Source: Patescibacteria group bacterium
GTDB lineage: Bacteria > Patescibacteriota > UBA1384 > XYA2-FULL-43-10 > 1-14-0-10-43-13
Assembly: GCA_041671645.1 (NCBI GenBank)
Contig: JBAZBD010000001.1
Location: forward strand, 85,561-149,560
Direction: 5' to 3'
Length of the DNA: 64,000 nt
The notes under the pieces are model-generated. The model was not told where the DNA came from and did not search any database. It worked only from the letters and a program-made list of their open reading frames with translations. Positions 63,223-64,000 of the stretch are shown piece after piece. A program made the position numbers and the translations under genes. Each line of letters begins with the position of its first letter. Position 1 is the first letter of the stretch.

Positions 63223-63903
63223 ATGGATTCGGCAGAACACAATACGATTAAATACTCGATTTCTTACCAAGACACCCAAATGGATTTTCGAAATATCAAA
63301 AGATTGCAGAAAATCATCAGGCTCATCGATCCTTGCGATGATTTTCTTGATATAGGTTGCTGGGACGGCTACTTGATGAAGCAGTTTGTGAAAAGTGGCA
63401 AAGTCAAGAAAGCTGTCGGTGTTGATAATTCAAAGTCAGCTATTGAAATGGCGAAAAAGGATGGTCTTGAGGTTGTATTGGTTGAATCAGTTGATAAAAA
63501 GATTCCTTTTGGCGATGAAAGTTTTGATTGTGTATTCGCTGGAGAAATTATTGAGCATATTTATGATGTGAACAATTTTACTCTCGAAATAGAAAGAGTT
63601 TTAAAGAAAAATGGTCAACTCATAATTACAACGCCAAATCTGGCTTCATTTGGATCGCGGATGAGATTGTTGTTTGGCAAGACGCCTTGGATGATTGAAA
63701 ATATTCTGGAGAAAGATTCGGCTGGCCATATCCGATATTTTACCTTTGACTCCTTGGAAAAAGTGCTGGAGGACCGTGGGTTTACAGTCGAACAATGCGC
63801 AACAAATGTTATTCAGCTCAACAAATATAATTTGACTGGTTCCCTCGCCGATTTATTTTATAAGTTAGGCTCAAATATTATTATCAAGTGTAGAAAGAAT
63901 TGA
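63223..63903 (+). CDS. Class I SAM-dependent methyltransferase
   Basis: Motif I LDIGCWDGYL and Methyltransf_11-like FDCVFAGEIIEHIYD. Confidence 0.7.
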   Translation: MDSAEHNTIKYSISYQDTQMDFRNIKRLQKIIRLIDPCDDFLDIGCWDGYLMKQFVKSGKVKKAVGVDNSKSAIEMAKKDGLEVVLVESVDKKIPFGDESFDCVFAGEIIEHIYDVNNFTLEIERVLKKNGQLIITTPNLASFGSRMRLLFGKTPWMIENILEKDSAGHIRYFTFDSLEKVLEDRGFTVEQCATNVIQLNKYNLTGSLADLFYKLGSNIIIKCRKN

Positions 63904-63907
63904 TCAG

Positions 63908-64000
63908 ATGAATGATTCAGCTATGAAAGTATTACTCACAACCAAAGACCAAGACATTTATCCCGACGAAACTTTTGACCCAGACAACGATTGGAAAAAA
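63908..64000 (+). CDS. Hypothetical protein (5' fragment, continues beyond window)
   Basis: ATG at 63908 (MNDSAMKVLLTTKDQ...) running off the end. Confidence 0.3.
   Translation, partial: MNDSAMKVLLTTKDQDIYPDETFDPDNDWKK

Overview
This 64 kb window looks like a chromosomal segment from a small-genome bacterium, plausibly a Patescibacteria/CPR-like lineage. The hints are many TTG starts, a lone XerD, a four-helix-bundle gene and frequent low-complexity inserts in housekeeping proteins. It spans the replication origin: dnaA-dnaN-recF on the minus strand diverge from rpmH-rnpA-yidD-yidC, with DnaA boxes in both flanking intergenic regions. Next to the origin, on the plus strand (7.7-31.3 kb), is a Gram-positive-style type IV secretion locus. 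It contains a signal-peptide protein with a Gly/Ala-rich hydrophobic region, a VirB6/TrbL-like polytopic protein with a long charged tail, a VirB3/PrgI-like small membrane protein, a VirB4 ATPase split into two overlapping ORFs inside a low-complexity insert, an SLT+amidase cell-wall hydrolase, a PEGA/PD40 propeller protein, an acidic protein with an M15-like C-terminus, and a 3163-aa giant surface protein. No relaxase or VirD4 coupling protein is present in the window. A second accessory cluster lies at 39.5-46 kb. A PilB/GspE-type ATPase is convergent with a tight minus-strand operon of four paralogous roughly 110-aa two-TM hairpin proteins that resemble VirB2/TrbC-like pilins. The operon also encodes a 613-aa secreted protein carrying the same pilin-like C-terminal domain and a sugar-type solute-binding lipoprotein. 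The remaining genes are housekeeping: tsaD, FemAB-family, MurE-like, xerD, PAP2, galU, Hsp20, comFC, dfx, ndk, M16 peptidase, an MraY/WecA-family transferase, efp, rpsR-ssb-rpsF, truD, ychF, a 5'-3' exonuclease and a methyltransferase. Four tRNAs are present (Ser-CGA, Ser-UGA, Arg, Ser-GCU). Three recurring sequence features are not explained by the genes. First, short 7-8 bp tandem repeats (3-5 units) sit in-frame inside conserved genes (tsaD, fem, xerD, exonuclease, dedA, rpsF tail) and in intergenic DNA including oriC. Second, an AT-rich inverted-repeat family flanks the rpmH-rnpA-yidD operon with a 35-bp perfect match and flanks the four-helix-bundle gene. Third, a tandem GC mini-hairpin motif (CCCCAAAGGGG + AGCCTTCGGCT) recurs in several intergenic regions. 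Coordinates were derived by hand and may be off by a few bases.
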